From Antedon mediterranea (taxonomy: Eukaryota; Animalia; Echinodermata): a DNA stretch of 64,000 nucleotides. Both the position numbers and the translations under genes were made by a program. The notes under the pieces were generated by a model, which saw only the letters and a list, made by a program, of their open reading frames with translations, did no database searches and was not told the DNA's origin. Positions 36,999 to 51,029 of the stretch are shown here, in pieces (position 1 is the first letter of the stretch; every line of letters starts with the position of its first letter). The stretch covers positions 9,791,812 to 9,855,811 of the forward strand of contig NC_092675.1 in assembly GCF_964355755.1 (NCBI RefSeq), read 5' to 3'.

Positions 36999-37804
36999 GT
37001 TGTCAAATTTACGCCTTCTTTGGTTCTACGTTCGGTGTCATGTCTATAACCACAATTTCGGCTATATCTCTGGATCGGTACTATGTCATATGTAAACCAA
37101 TGAAAGCTACACGTACTGTGACGAAGCGTCGATCTATGTATATAATAGCATTTGTTTGGATATATTCGATAGCTTGGGCAGTTCCGCCACTTCTTGGTTT
37201 CGGTCGATATACTCGTGAAGGATACGGACTGAGTTGTACATTTGATTATACAGACCAGAGTATCAGTAACAAGTGTTTTGTCGGTATGATATTCGGAACA
37301 GATTTTCTCCTTCAACTGGCATTAATTATTTGCTGTTATGTAAAGATCGTATCGACTATGAGACATCATCGCAATGAAATGAAACGAATATCAAGGAACA
37401 CAAAATCACCGAGCAAAAGTAAATCTGAATTCAAAATCGCAAAAATAGGAATGATCATGACTGCTTTGTTCTGTTTGACGTGGCTACCATATGCCTCCGT
37501 TGCGTTTATTGGTCAATTCATAGATCCATCTATAGTCTCACCGATGGTGCAGACATTACCAGTCGTTTTGGCAAAAACGTCAGCGGTGTTGAATCCAATT
37601 GTGTACGCAATGTCTTATGACAAATTCAAAATCGCATTTACTGAGCGATTTTTACATTGCTGCTGTAAGCAATTTGAAAATGAGAAGTTGATGGGACACG
37701 AGTCACGCAGTCAAACTTTACGACGAACATACACTCCTGTGATAGAATGTGATCCGGCCAATAGTATTCCTTTAGAGGACGTACCAACCACAAAGCCCCA
37801 GTGA
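36999..37804 (+). CDS. opn4: Opsin coding exon 3 (TM3-TM7 and C-tail); full protein 372 aa
   Basis: Acceptor ttttctttttag|gt. Encodes GCQIYAF (C110, Y113), DRY, YTREGYGLSCTFDY (E181, C187), EFKIAK, WLPYA, LAKTSAVLNPIVY (K296 codon 37574-76). Spliced length 179+134+806=1119 nt with an open frame. Confidence 0.95.
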
Positions 37805-38619
37805 TACATAGGGATGACATTAACTAAATTAATGGGGAAAATGTACTTAATAACGTCATAAACAATATCTCAGTACTGCTTATTCATGTTATGATCCGCC
37901 AAGGCTTACTGCGATTCTATGTCCACTTGATAAACGTGACGTGGTCGTAATCGGGCATCGTGAAGGCATCATTATTGACAATTCAGCTAGAATTCGTTGG
38001 GGTTTTTTTTGGTTGAGGTTAGAAGCCTAGGTTATGTAACAAAAACCTGAAACAGTGTTATATTATTATGACGTCATTTATTCTTTTAAGAGAAGAGTCT
38101 ATAAAGACACTAAACTAAGACGCTTTCCGTTGAACTATCGTTTTAGTTTACACCAATGGATCATTGGAAGCGAGATGCGTCATACGCACAATGACGAATC
38201 AGAAATCTATTTATAATAGTTATTTGTGGGCCAGTGTACATCCTGTGATGTCATTATCAGAGAATCTTTGTATTTGATGCAATTCTATATTTGTATGTAT
38301 TCATTCTATACATTTTCTGTTGGTTTTTTTCATAATTTGTGTTGTTATCATGAATAGTTGTACCAATCTGATTAAGTTTTTCATGTGGAACTATAAATAT
38401 CGATCTTCTTCTAGATTGTAACATTTGGGTAAAAGAGTTGCAAAGCGTCAGTGTTACATGTTACCAAGGAAGAGTGAGAGTATAATTGTAATATAACACT
38501 TCCCTGCTTATTGCCTATTTGTCAACAACATCAACTCACTTCGCTTCGAATTACGTCCATCTTGTAAATGTTCGATTATTAACGAATTATTGTTTCAGCC
38601 TAAAATTAGCAAAGTAAAT

Positions 38620-39740
38620 TATAGGTTTTCAAAAGTTCAACGTCATACTGTATATACAACATATGGGATCCTCCTCTTCTACGCCATACAGCTGGAGTCG
38701 AACACTTATTCAGAACTAAATAACCTACTAAGGTTTTCATTAAGATTTTTTCCGATTGTGTAATGGCTTGCCTGATTTCTATATTTTTAAAACAATTGAG
38801 ATTTTAATCCACGGTATTTTTGGAACAGCAAACAGCATCTTTTTTTGTAATTGAGGTATTCGGTAGTCTATCCCATATTGACCAATATATCTAATATACA
38901 GACTGTCAGCGACGATTTTTCAACAATTTCACATCCTTTCGTTGGGATATACAAATAATCCTCATGTAGTTGGTCATCTTCATGCCTTGCCCTATCAAAC
39001 TCTTTCTTGACCCTTTGTACCAACATGATTCCAACTTCTTTATTTCATTTTTTGGAAACCATATATGGTACCTTACGCCTTTAAAATGGTCCTTCTCGTC
39101 TTCATATAGACATTTGTAGTGAATTTTATAGAGTTGGTTCCAAGCGTAATGTGTTCTCTGGCGTATTTAATTCACGCGACGTACACTGACTGCCAAATGA
39201 TTCCACATACAAAAAGTATAGTGTATTCAGCTAAAACTTTTATTTCTTGTAACTCAGTATTAATACAACTTTCTGTCAGTCTAGACCTTTCTTCTCTATA
39301 CTCTATACGTCTTTCTAATATCATATTATTTTCTCTTCTCCCCTAATATCTATAACATTTACTACTTATACTAGACATACAAATTAGGGGCTTCTGAGGA
39401 GGATCAACAAATATTGCCTCAAAAAGTTTCCCACCAACATTATACTATTCTGATTGGCTCATAATTTAAGCAGACCTATAGCCTGAAACATCCTTTATCT
39501 AACCATAGGAAATCAGAAACATAATATTATGACAACATTATAATCCTTTAAAACTTCTTTTTAACTCATGGAACTTTCCTACAGCACTTCTATCTATGTT
39601 CTATGATCAAAAGCAGCCATTTTCTTTATTTGTAATTGTATGCCCAAGTAACAATCATCTAAACGTCATCTTTTTCTTCTTCTAACATTTTTTTTCAATA
39701 ACCTTAAGACGCTAGATGATCTTGGGTTGAAAGTTAATCA
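38620..39740 (-). mobile_element. Probable heavily decayed L1/Tx1-type ORF2 fragment
   Basis: Minus-strand fragments such as WFPKNEIK, EDYLYIPTKG and DWSIWD have the composition and spacing of Tx1 ORF2 C-termini. No long ORF. Confidence 0.35.
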
Positions 39741-39860
39741 TTAATTAAGCAATCATTAATATTTGGCAAAAACCTACGACCTAAACCTACGTTTACACTG
39801 ACAGACGAGGACATCAAAATGTAGAGACGCTAGCAACTTTAGTCTGAACACTGTACTCGA

Positions 39861-40003
39861 TTAAATATCTACTATCAAATTAGTTTTTGACTAAAAAAGT
39901 GTGATGTGCCCAAATATGGTAGTGATATGACGTCATCGTATCCATATATGGGCACATCACATTTTGTTTGTCACATACAGTTTAATAGTGCAGATAGCTT
40001 TAA
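39861..40003. mobile_element. Short palindromic MITE (~140-bp hairpin)
   Basis: Arms ctactatcaaa..tgac.aaaaaagtgtgatgtgcccaaatatgg and ccatatatgggcacatcacatttt..gtca..tttaatagtg are reverse complements. TTAA-like ends. Confidence 0.7.
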
Positions 40004-40317
40004 ACTTAATAAAATATGACAACCAATTATAGAATCACTTAACAAATAAGAGCAAATTTTGACGAAGCTGTTTTCAATTCAAAAATCGACAAGCTACTAA
40101 ATGTTACTACAGTCCTTTATGCATTACAAAAGACATTTTTCATAGACAGTTCACCTAAACTCTGTAAAACCACCTATACATGTACTGTATGCCTAAATAT
40201 ATTTAAATGACACTGACAGGATGAGAGCAAGAGGGTACCATATAAGCTCTATAGCTTTTTTCTATAGGGACCTTTTATGTAGTGTTTTCTTTCCTAATTA
40301 ACCTCTCCACTGACATG

Positions 40318-40742
40318 GGAGACCTTGTTGAACCCACAAATGTGAAAACACCCACAAATGTGAAAACAACCACAAATGTGAAAACGCATCACCCACAAAT
40401 GTGAAACAACCACAAATGTGAAAACGCATCACCCACAATGTATATAACATTGACATTAACTCGATCAAAATTGTTTGGGCCTAGCTCTAAATTTGATTTG
40501 GATTTTATTTTACATTTTTTAGCAAAAATGTCTCTCTTTTTTTCACATCTGTGGGCGCTGTTTTCACATTTGTGGGTGATGCGTTTTTACATTTGTGGTT
40601 GTTTTCACATTGTGGGTGATCCGTTTTCACATTTGTGGTTGTTTTCACATTTGTGGTTGTTTTCACATTTGTGGGTGATACGTTTTCACATTTAGGGCTG
40701 TTTTCCCATTTGTGGGCGTTTTCAACGTTCACCAGACGTACC
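40318..40742. mobile_element. Foldback MITE with inverted arrays of (c)ccacaaatgtgaaaac
   Basis: Left arm 40330-40440 is tandem ccacaaatgtgaaaac. Right arm 40540-40728 is tandem gttttcacatttgtgg. gttgaa...ttcaac near the ends. Confidence 0.75.
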
Positions 40743-42541
40743 GGCCGAAACTACGGTCATTGTGAAACCACACAGGCTACTGCTGATCCGGGGATATTCT
40801 CAAAATTGGAATTTTGATCAACTCACCACAGTTGATCTACTTATAGGCCTATAGTGTTGATATTTTAGTTCTATTACAAATATTAATGTTATTATTTTAT
40901 ACATATTTTGTTTTGTACCTCCACCTTCAACAACCCCTTCTTTCCGAAATGAAATTATCGGCATCAACTTGGCAACTCCAACAAAAAGCTATTCCAAACT
41001 GAAATCACATTACCGTTTTGTAATTGGACGAAATGCTTCATTTAACGACACGCTAATGCTTGTTCAATTATTTGTTTTATATGACTTTTTGTCAGTGTTT
41101 GTACTTATTGATCATAAATGAAGTATTAACGTTATTTGAACGCGAAAGCTGTTGGGAAATAATAAGGTATGTCTCATGATTCCCTTGGTCTGCACTTCTA
41201 GATCAGCCAAAAAGGATTTCTCGACGCATCTGTAAACGGTGTAGATGTTTGGTCAGCATTGATGTATCCATGCTTTAACATAGATCACTAAATACACTGA
41301 TAATGTAATGTGGTATGTGTATAAGGTTACACATGCCAACTGATATTTATTTTGTTGATCGATATTATAATGCTTTATTTTTAAATTATTTATACAGTAT
41401 AACATTGTGCAATACTTTTAAAGTAATCTATGCTTGTGTAAGTGCTTTATGTTCACGTGCCTAATAAGCTCGCTGGTTGAGTACAATCTTGAATTATATA
41501 GCATATTATTATATAATTGTATTAGACAATTATTACACAATGAACATGTATTACAGAATGTTTATTTATTTTTGTATTACCACTAATATATATAGTTATA
41601 TAAGTAAGTCTATAGACATATAATACCATTGGCCAGTTTTAGATATGAACAAAACGATTTAAACTATTGTATTCAGTTGTTTCGATAGCTATGCAAACAT
41701 TTTCTTATACACAGTTTATTAGAACAAATTGACTCAAAGATAAATAGCTATGACAAAAAAAATTATAAAAATGTATGAGTTCTATGGCACAAATAATGTC
41801 ATGAGGTGAAAGTTGAAATTCTATTTTCATGAGGCGCAGTCTGAGTAAAAATCTAAGTAGATTCTTGTCATTGTCATTGTTCTGATCTTGTTGTTTACAG
41901 AACAAAACAGACGATGCTGCTATTGAATTTCACGAGGCGAAGCCTGAATGAAAATTGAATTTGTATATTTCACCGAAATTAAAAAAGCATTTACCTGAAA
42001 AAGCACGTAATTTAAAAAAATGTCAGACAACTGTTTTTGGACAAATAATCGAACCATTTATTTTGTATTTTTATAAGTTAGTGTTTTTTTAACTGTGGAA
42101 GTAAATAACTGTAAACTACAAAATGGCTTATTCAACATTTACTTGTTTTTTGGGGACAATACAGCTTTAAGGAACATTTTAGCACTGTTTATGTATGATG
42201 TATGTTAATGTAAATAATTGGAAATTGCAATTTGAATTATTGAACATTTTAGCATCATTAACTTACTATTATTATACTTAGATTATAGAACAAACGGTTA
42301 TTAATATAATTATAGTATAGGCATAATTGGAAAAAGTAGCATGGACCTATATTATATGCGTATTCATATAATAAATAATGATAGTTCTTAATTATTTTCA
42401 AACGCTTTGTTCGTATGTGTTTAAATTGTTTGTGCTTTGTGAGTAGTTTACATCGTGTCACCTGCCGTTCAGTATTAGTTATATTAAATGGTAAAAGTTG
42501 AATGGTTCTATTATATTTTGGGGTGTTTTTTTTTTTTCCAG

Positions 42542-42790
42542 TACGCGCCTTTAGAAAATGGTAGTATACTGAGCTCTGGTGTTCAAAGGGCTGCGACACG
42601 ATCAGTTCCACGCCTTTTAACAGCACCGCACGCCGCGGAGAATATGAACATAGTACAGTATTATGTTGGTATTTGTCGCAACCAGACATAAGATCAGAGG
42701 ACTGTTACGAATTATTATTGGCACGGAAAACTCAGTGTCCTGTTAGATTGCATTGGTTAAGAGTTTTGTTTTTGTTTAAAGAAAAGGATA
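42542..42790 (+). pseudogene. Possible decayed QPD-type C-type lectin exon
   Basis: Strong acceptor (t)11ccag at 42541. Frameshifted pieces RLLTAPHAAENMNI, WYLSQPDIRSEDCYEL (42667-42714) and YWHGK..LDC..FCFC follow C-type lectin motif order. Confidence 0.4.
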
Positions 42791-43021
42791 TTTCCATTCG
42801 TTGAAAGCCTTGAAATATCTATCAATTTATATCAGATAGCATTTAAAGGTTAGAGAATGAAATATATGTCACAAAGCTGTATTTTTAGGTTGTTCATCCT
42901 TAGCAACATGGTTGCTGTAGGCTATAGAAGCATTACATTAAATACGTGTGGAACTATGGTATAGATTATAATATTATGAGAAAGAAAAATGTTATTTTTC
43001 TGCTGACAACAGTATGCCTAT

Positions 43022-45400
43022 ATCAATCAATCAATCAAAGTAACATTTATTTCTCTTCTTTTCTTTTATAGAATATAAAAATTAATAGTAAATATGATTA
43101 ACATAAGAGGGGCAACATTCCAAAAAAGCGAAGGTTGTAGAAGGCAGCCCATAAAAACTGGAAAAAAAAAACAGGACAACACGGGAACCGGAAACAGGAC
43201 AAAAACAGTAATGAAGACTTTTAGTTTCAGGGTACCGAAAAGAATAAATATTAAAACTACAATGAGTGAAAGGATAATTACACATAACTAGATAAGAGGT
43301 GCCGTTTCAATTTAAAAGAAAAACTATTCTTAGACAAATCACTTTTTATATTAAGGTACGTTATCCCAGAGTTTAGGACCAGTAAACTTAATGCTAATGT
43401 TTAAAAGAAGTAGTTTAAAAAAAGGAATACGTATTTGATTTATTATCATTATTATTATTTATTGCCAAAAACCAGTTACAAACAAACAAAAACACAGAAA
43501 CTAAGAGAGTAGGCAGGAACCTAAAAGTGAACCTAATCACTACAACAAGAGTTCAGGTTCCGTACTCCCAAAGTAACAACAATGATATATATATTTGCGC
43601 TTCTTGTGAAAATTAAGATTGAAACTAAAAGAATCATCAAAGTATGATGGCAGGATCGAGTTTAGCCATGAATAAAGAAAAACCCTTTGTTGAAGATGGT
43701 TAATATCCTAAATTTTAAGAACTCCAAATAATATTACAGTAAGTGAGGTAAGGGAGGATTAGTGAACAGTAAAGAATCCGGAGTATGTTTTGAGGGATTA
43801 AAGATGATAATCTATATATGATACCAGAACTTCTGGATATTTTGTTTTCGACTTGAGTAATCTGATGTTTCCAATTTAGTTTACTGTCCAGATAAACACC
43901 AAGAAATTTAGTTTTCTCAACAATAGGTATTAATTGATCTTTAATTTTTAGTTTGAAAGTACTGGTATTTAGTGGTATTTGTGAATTTTTAAACACCATA
44001 CAACAGCACTTCTTTAGATTAACAGAAAGTTTGTTTGCAGAAAAGTAGGTTAAAATTTTGTGTAGATTTTCTGTTGAAATTTTAAAAAGGAAATATATAT
44101 TTTTATCAGTGTAAATTAGGGTTGTGTCATCAGCATACAAGAGAAACGAAACATATTTGAGGCATTATGGATATCATTTATGTATAATAAAAATAATAGA
44201 GGCCCAAGCATGGAACCTTGAGGGACTCCACAAATAATAGGAAGAAAATCAGAAAGGGTATGTTTAAATTGAGTGCATTGCTTGCGGTTTGAAAGGTAGC
44301 TTTTGAATAAATTATATACATGGCCACGGATTCCATAATTATGTAACTTATATAATAGAATATCGTGATCAATTGTATCAAAGGCCTTCGAGAGATCAAT
44401 GAAAATACCAATGGCAAATTCACCCCTCTCGAAAGCCCCAAAAATTTCATTTGTTAATTGAAGAAGGTGCGGTGGATGTATTATAGTTCTTACGAAAGCC
44501 AAATTGTTTATTGTAAAGTATATTATTTTTTTGAAAATAATTGTATGTTCGATCATAAATAAGGCGTTCAAGTATTTTGGAAAAGATCGGTAGCACTGAT
44601 ATAGGACGGTAATTACTGGAATCAGATTTGTCACCAGTTTTAAAAATAGGAGTTACTTTAGCTAGTTTAAGGGTGTCAGGAAAGGTGCCATTTACAAAAA
44701 AAAGATTGAAAATGTAGCAGAGGGGTTCAGAAATAAAAGGGATAAGTTGTTTAATAATAGACGGGTTAATATCATCAATGCCAGGTGCTTTACCAGTTTT
44801 GAGGCGCATAACAATATCCATAATCTCAAAAACAGTCACAGAATTTAGAAATAAATAATTTAATAAAATAATAATAATAAAAAAATTATTAAAATGATTT
44901 GAAATTATGTTGGGATCATCCGTTAAGTTTCCTTCGCAATTTACAGTGGTCTTCGAAATGCTTACTTTCATTCGTTTTTATTAGACTATTTATAATTGTC
45001 CATGTTCCTTTGATATTATCTTTCTGCTGCTTAAACTTTTTTTTCATAATAATCGCGTTTTGTTAATTTTATTAAAGAGTTAAGGGAGTTACGGAATTGT
45101 TTATATTCATTCATGTTTTTGTCATTCGGATAGCGGAGGGATTTGGAATACAGTTTTTGTTTATGCTTTATTGAATTTAAGAGTTCATCCGTCATCCAGG
45201 TCTTTATTTTTTTTTTGACCTGCAGACTGCTCTTGAATTTGTAAAATGTTTATCATACAGTCGTTTAAATTCAGTTTCAAATGAAAGTAAAGCAATATTA
45301 GGATTATCCGTACCATAAACACCAGTCCAATTCATGTTTGACAAATCGTTTTTTATGTTTGAAATATAATAATGATTGCATACAACAAATGGTTTTCAGT
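43022..45400 (-). mobile_element. Frameshifted CR1-group LINE (RT region and 3' end) with a short nested LINE tail at ~43440-43590
   Basis: KAPGID, SNYRPISVL, FIDLSKAFDTIDH, GVPQGSMLGPLLFLLYIND, YADDT and KFLGVYLD are spread over three frames. 3' end AATAAA...(TTGA)n at 43022-43052. Confidence 0.9.
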
Positions 45401-46335
45401 GTAATTAATAGAGGGAACTTGCCTAACAGACGTGCCTACAATGAAATCATGACAAACCGGTGGCGCTTGTGATATATAAAAAATAAAAAACATGAGTAGT
45501 CAGATAAAAATCAAGTCAAGTAGTATATTATACATTTAAGTATACCATTATAATATAAGAATTCACATCTAAGTACACCCGTTCTACTCGTAGTTATTCT
45601 ATCGGTGGTATCCTGTACATTCTTCTTACAATTACTGTATATACAAACCCACAACCTGTAAACTAATATGCAAATTATTGATATGCAATATGTAAATGAA
45701 AGTATTTACAGAAAGTCTACGTAAACACGACAGCGCAATGTACATGCTTACAGTCACGATGCTTTCTCAATGTGTATGTCACTGCAGCACGAACATTCCT
45801 GGCGTACTAACTTCAAACGCAGTCAAAATATATGACTTCTATATGGCAGATTTTTATTTTGAAAAAAACAATGGAAAATTAGTGAGAGTAGGTCACTGTG
45901 CCTTGTGGCTACATCAGTGTTGTACCTAGTTTAGGCCCCTCATAAAGGTAAAACACGCTAAGTTTTTAATATGGTAAATAAAATGAAGATTTGTCTATAG
46001 GCCTACTGCATTAGGATTAATACAATTGTTTTTCAGCTATTTTGTACAATGTGTTTATACATGTTTGTACATACATTTTAAACATTGCCGTACAAAAACA
46101 ATGTTTACCCAATTCGCCAGTTTGGAGTAGTGACATCAGCTTTCAGCATTTCTATCTATTTAATTATACATTCATTCATTCAAGGAGTTATTATTATTGA
46201 TACTTTAAAATAACTTTATTGTCTGTCCAAACACTATATATTTCATACAATATAGACAAAAAATTTGCACAATTTACCGTATTTTAATATGGTTTTAGAA
46301 TAATATACGATGACATGTTATCAATTTACAGTAAA

Positions 46336-46456
46336 AACAAGGCCAACAGCCATAAGTCGGGTGCTAAAACGCATAGTGATACCGGACCGACAGACAGACC
46401 GACAGACCGACAGACCGACCGACCGACATAGTGAACTATAGAGTCGCGACTAAAAA
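46336..46456 (+). mobile_element. DINE-1/HINE-like repeat
   Basis: aacaaggcc...(GACA/GACC)n acatagtgaactatagagtcgcgactaaaaa. Confidence 0.65.
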
Positions 46457-48799
46457 CAAGAAGAACTGAATACAGTATTGTTTTGCCACGCGATACTTAT
46501 TTATCGAATACACAAAAATGAAGCCATATATAATCATCATCGACAGCAACGCTATCGTTTGTTATGACAATCTCAGACGATATAAAATTGAGATGTAAAG
46601 AAAATATTTGAACAATCATCATATCTATGTCCTACAGTAGGCTACACTGTACATTTGCTATACTGGCATTGCTGCTGTGGTTGAAATGATATTTGATGAT
46701 AATAAATAAATAAAGGATAATTTCCTGTAACAATTAATAGCAATCTGATTTATATTTATTTTGTATTGTTCCCAGCATCTCGTTCGATCAATTGAATTCA
46801 AAATATCTTTGTACCTTGCATTTCCTTTTATTACCCTTATTTAAATAAATACCACTCAAAGAGAAACTATATTAAGAAATATACTTAGTTTTCTTAGGCC
46901 TATAAAATATCATTATTCTTTTGGATCCTCTGATAATATTTATTATTCATTTACAAATGAAATAATTGTTGTTGGTTCATTTAATGATATTTCTATTAAC
47001 CAAAAGGTTAACTTATTGACGAAGACGGAACAAGAAAATAACAAATAAAAGAGAAATAGAAAATAAATTGCTTATTCAATTCTGGCAAACAAATTCTTTA
47101 TTTTGCATTCTTGTATCTCAACTTTCTCAACTCGATTTTCAATAGTCAGATTTATCTATGACAGCTGAAGAATCGGATGTCACACCGTACCAATTGAAAA
47201 TGAAGAGGGTGCTATATATTGGCATTTGGCAAAATATGGTGTATTAAGTGCAATCATTTCCATTCTATAAGCATGTGAACATTCTTCAGACCTGAATGAC
47301 AAGTTTTCCTCTGCATTCTATCCATTATGTGATATAACCAACATTAAACGTACTAAATCAAATAGACTTTGTTTCGGATTCATTGCAAATAAAAAAAATC
47401 CAATGCCAATAAATAAGGAACAGCGTCGAGACAACGGATTGTTGTCTCATTACTTATGCGCATTATTTAATCAAAGTCTCTCTCCTCTCAAACTAGATTT
47501 ATAGAATTATCATAATACACACTATCATATTTAAGTACCCGTGCCTATTTCAAATTACAGTATTCGACAATAATATCAACACGTAGGCATATATAGGATG
47601 ACGTAATGATCACCTATTTATTACAGATGTATGTGCATTATTCTTGATAACCTTTTGGTTTTTGTAGGCCTATATGAAACCTATATGATAGAAAACGCAG
47701 AATATTTCATCATGTTGCTAAAAAAACATTTAATATTTTAAAAGAGTACCAACTAAATAAAAATAGATGGACGTACGGCAATTGTAGGACTGCTGTTGAC
47801 GATTAATTAAAATTCAAAATATCATAAAGATAAAGATTGATGAATATGGTACAGTAATCAGTAATCGGATAATGTACTTATGCTATTAGTGTTTTTCTGT
47901 GTGAAATAATGGTTGGCCTAGACTGTATAGGCCTACGAAACGTGTATTCATCGAGGTGTGTACCAATCAAAAGTCTAAATTTGTCCTCTTTCTTTTTCAC
48001 AAATATAAAAAATATCTACACCACCACCTGCTCGTGGTTTCAGTGACATATGACACACACTATTTATTCAGCATACACATATAATATCTTCTAAAATATA
48101 GCTTTCAATAATGTTATAGTTTCATTTTATTTCATAACATTTATTTCTTATCTTTCAAAGTAAAAACAAAATAACAATTTAAATATAAGAGGCAAAAACC
48201 CAGAAAGTAATAACATTTGGAGGTATAGTGCATATAAGATATAAGATAGTGTATGGTATGCAAAGAAAATAGAATAGTAGGGTGAACCAGTCTATGTGTA
48301 GGCCTATATTCAATTCCTCAGTCACTCCAGTGGTGTTAAACAAAACATTGGAAGCAACTGAGGAATTGAATGTATACCTTTGTAATTACTACGATAATCA
48401 AAAATGTTCAAGTTCAGTATATTTGAGGACTACATGGAATGACTGTTGGGTTATATTACAAAAACATCGCCGGCTGATTGACCAGGTACACTTATTAACA
48501 ATGGCAGATAATCATCTATAATTATGTGTGACATTGGGATTTTTTTCATGGTAAATGAAGAAATAAAATAATAAAATTTATGTGACCACCACATGTTTAT
48601 GTGGAAGTTCTCACATAACGTCAGAAAATATATTGAGTTGTGAGTTCAATATCTGCAATATTGAATAAATAAATATTAGTTACCACTGTTACTAAAACTG
48701 TAATTACTTGGCCTTTACTTAAGCATAATTTATTACTGTAGTATCGTATTCTGTTTATTGAATGAATTGATATGCTTGTAGAATTGTTATACTGTATTA

Positions 48800-48908
48800 C
48801 CAAGGCCATATACATGGCTGCAGTTGCGTGCTCAAGTTAGTGTTTACCGACCAACCGACCCACCAACCACCGACCAACCGACCAACCGACCGACCGACCG
48901 ACCAACCT
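48800..48908 (+). mobile_element. DINE-1/HINE-like repeat, 3' truncated
   Basis: caaggccatatacatggctgcagttgcgtgct...agtgtttac(CGAC/CAAC)n, nearly identical to 24405-24480. Confidence 0.65.
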
Positions 48909-51029
48909 ACTGATCATATAAATATATACAGTTCTAACATGAACTTCTGACATTACATGTAAGAAAAACATTTATAAAAAAAGATTTTCCAGGATAGCTC
49001 AAACAGCTTATAGTATAGCTTATTTTGATTGGGAATATAACTAGAAAACCAACCATTAGCCATCTCATTATTGTCAACACACATTTTTATTGATAAAGTG
49101 ATAAAGTATATCTAATAATAATCTAATCAGCTTATAAATATGAAATGCATCAGATATCTTGAAAATCATTAGAATTTGAATGATTAATTGTTAGCAGGAC
49201 TATTAAATCAATCAATATAAAAGGCTATGTCAGGTGTTCTAACATAAGACCAGAGCAATTGGATAATTCATCAACTTGTTCACATAAAGTTGTAACGATG
49301 ATTTATTAGAGCAAAACACACCATTTGAAGTCTTATCTATAACATCAAATGTTTTGAATTACAAAAGCTGAAAAGTTATGAAGTCAAATTTATTTCGACA
49401 GAATTGGAGTAAACATGACACTCTTCTCATCTTCCCTTTAAAGGACATACTACTCGTTTTCTTCACTCTACTCTACCTCACTCACTCTCAATCGCTCAAT
49501 CTTTTCATCTTAACGTGTCTTCCTCTTCTGTGCTTGACATTAAAACTGCCCTTAAGATGTAAATGTATAATTTGTTACACTTTCATTAAATATTATTATA
49601 ACAATAATCATAATAACAATAATTACAATAATTAAAAATAATAATAACTACTACAGTAGTAATGAATAATTTGTATGTGTTTAAATTTTAAATGTAAATA
49701 TGTATAATTATGTTTGTATGATGTAGTATGTTAAAGCGGATATTAGCCCTTGATGGCATTTGAATTGAATACAATAATAACTTGGAGGCTTGTTTAAATA
49801 CCATAATGCCTTATTTTGTATTGTTAAAAATGATATGGTTTTGTCAAATTGTTGTTAATCTAATGACATAGTTGCTTGGCCTAGATAGGCCTATTGAAGT
49901 TTTGCAAATTTGGATAGAAAATTGTTTACACACATGTGTTGAACTAGAAGAATATTGCACGAGGCTGATGTGTACCATATTTATGTTTATGTACTTGTTT
50001 GGAAAAATGAATATCGATTTTATTTCAGTTCAGGTATTATCTCTATGAAAGTACTAAAATAACTTATTTTATATCAACACGTAGCCTAGCCTATTGTAAA
50101 TATATACTTACTTGATGTGGGTTGATTTTTATTAATTACAGCTTTATTATAATAATTATAAATAGTTGATAAATATTTACTATCCTGATTCTGAACAGAT
50201 AGATTGGACGAAATGTGCTTAGTGTGCAAATACCATATTGTATAAGAGGTTCTTTTCAAGATGGTCACTGACGGACACTGATGACACGTTAAGAATAAAA
50301 TAGACAATAACTATGCAAAGGTATTTATAAATAAAGTGACTCAAATTATGATGGTTAAAGGGATATTTAAAAAAATCTAAACGGAACTTTTGGTATCAAA
50401 ATTAACATTGTCTTGTCCTACTACGATAAACTGATTACCTGATATGATGTGTGCCGTTTGGGTGTTTAGTGCTTTAGGCATATCAACTAATCATGGTACA
50501 TACAACTTTGTTATTTATTATAATTATTATTTTGAATATTACTTTTAGTAGGCCTAATAAAGAACTGCATTATTTCAATCCCCTCCACTCCGAACAGTTC
50601 ATTTATATGCTTCCCAGACAACGGTATGCCTAAACCTTCTCAACTGTGATGGTTCACTCTTTCCTGATGATTGGGTTATGTCAGTACTGAGTATAAATTT
50701 ACTTTTCAGAAGTACCGATTTTAAAAATGGATTCTCTGTTATAGTAGGGCTATGTGATCACTAATTACTGAAATTGAATAAACTATACTGGTCTTTTTAT
50801 CAATTTTTGTTCAAATTAGTTTAATATGTCACAGTTGTTTGTAAATAATCTTACACAAGAAAATCATTTTGTGAGTCGGATGTCGACTGAACAATTATTT
50901 GAAATTATAATTATCCTTAACTATTATTTAAATACAGTAACACATTTTAAGTAGGTCTTTCATTATAATCCACTTGTTGAAGTGTCTCATTATATCCAAC
51001 TACTTCATAATTGTATTGTATAAAAAACG

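Noticed and set aside
47070-47300. Minus-strand ...KEFVCQN* as a lectin C-terminus
   Set aside because: Needs several frameshifts and the upstream motifs are absent.
50590-50690. Minus-strand SEPS...VVWE resembling GEPN...VVWD
   Set aside because: No cysteines and wrong spacing; likely chance.
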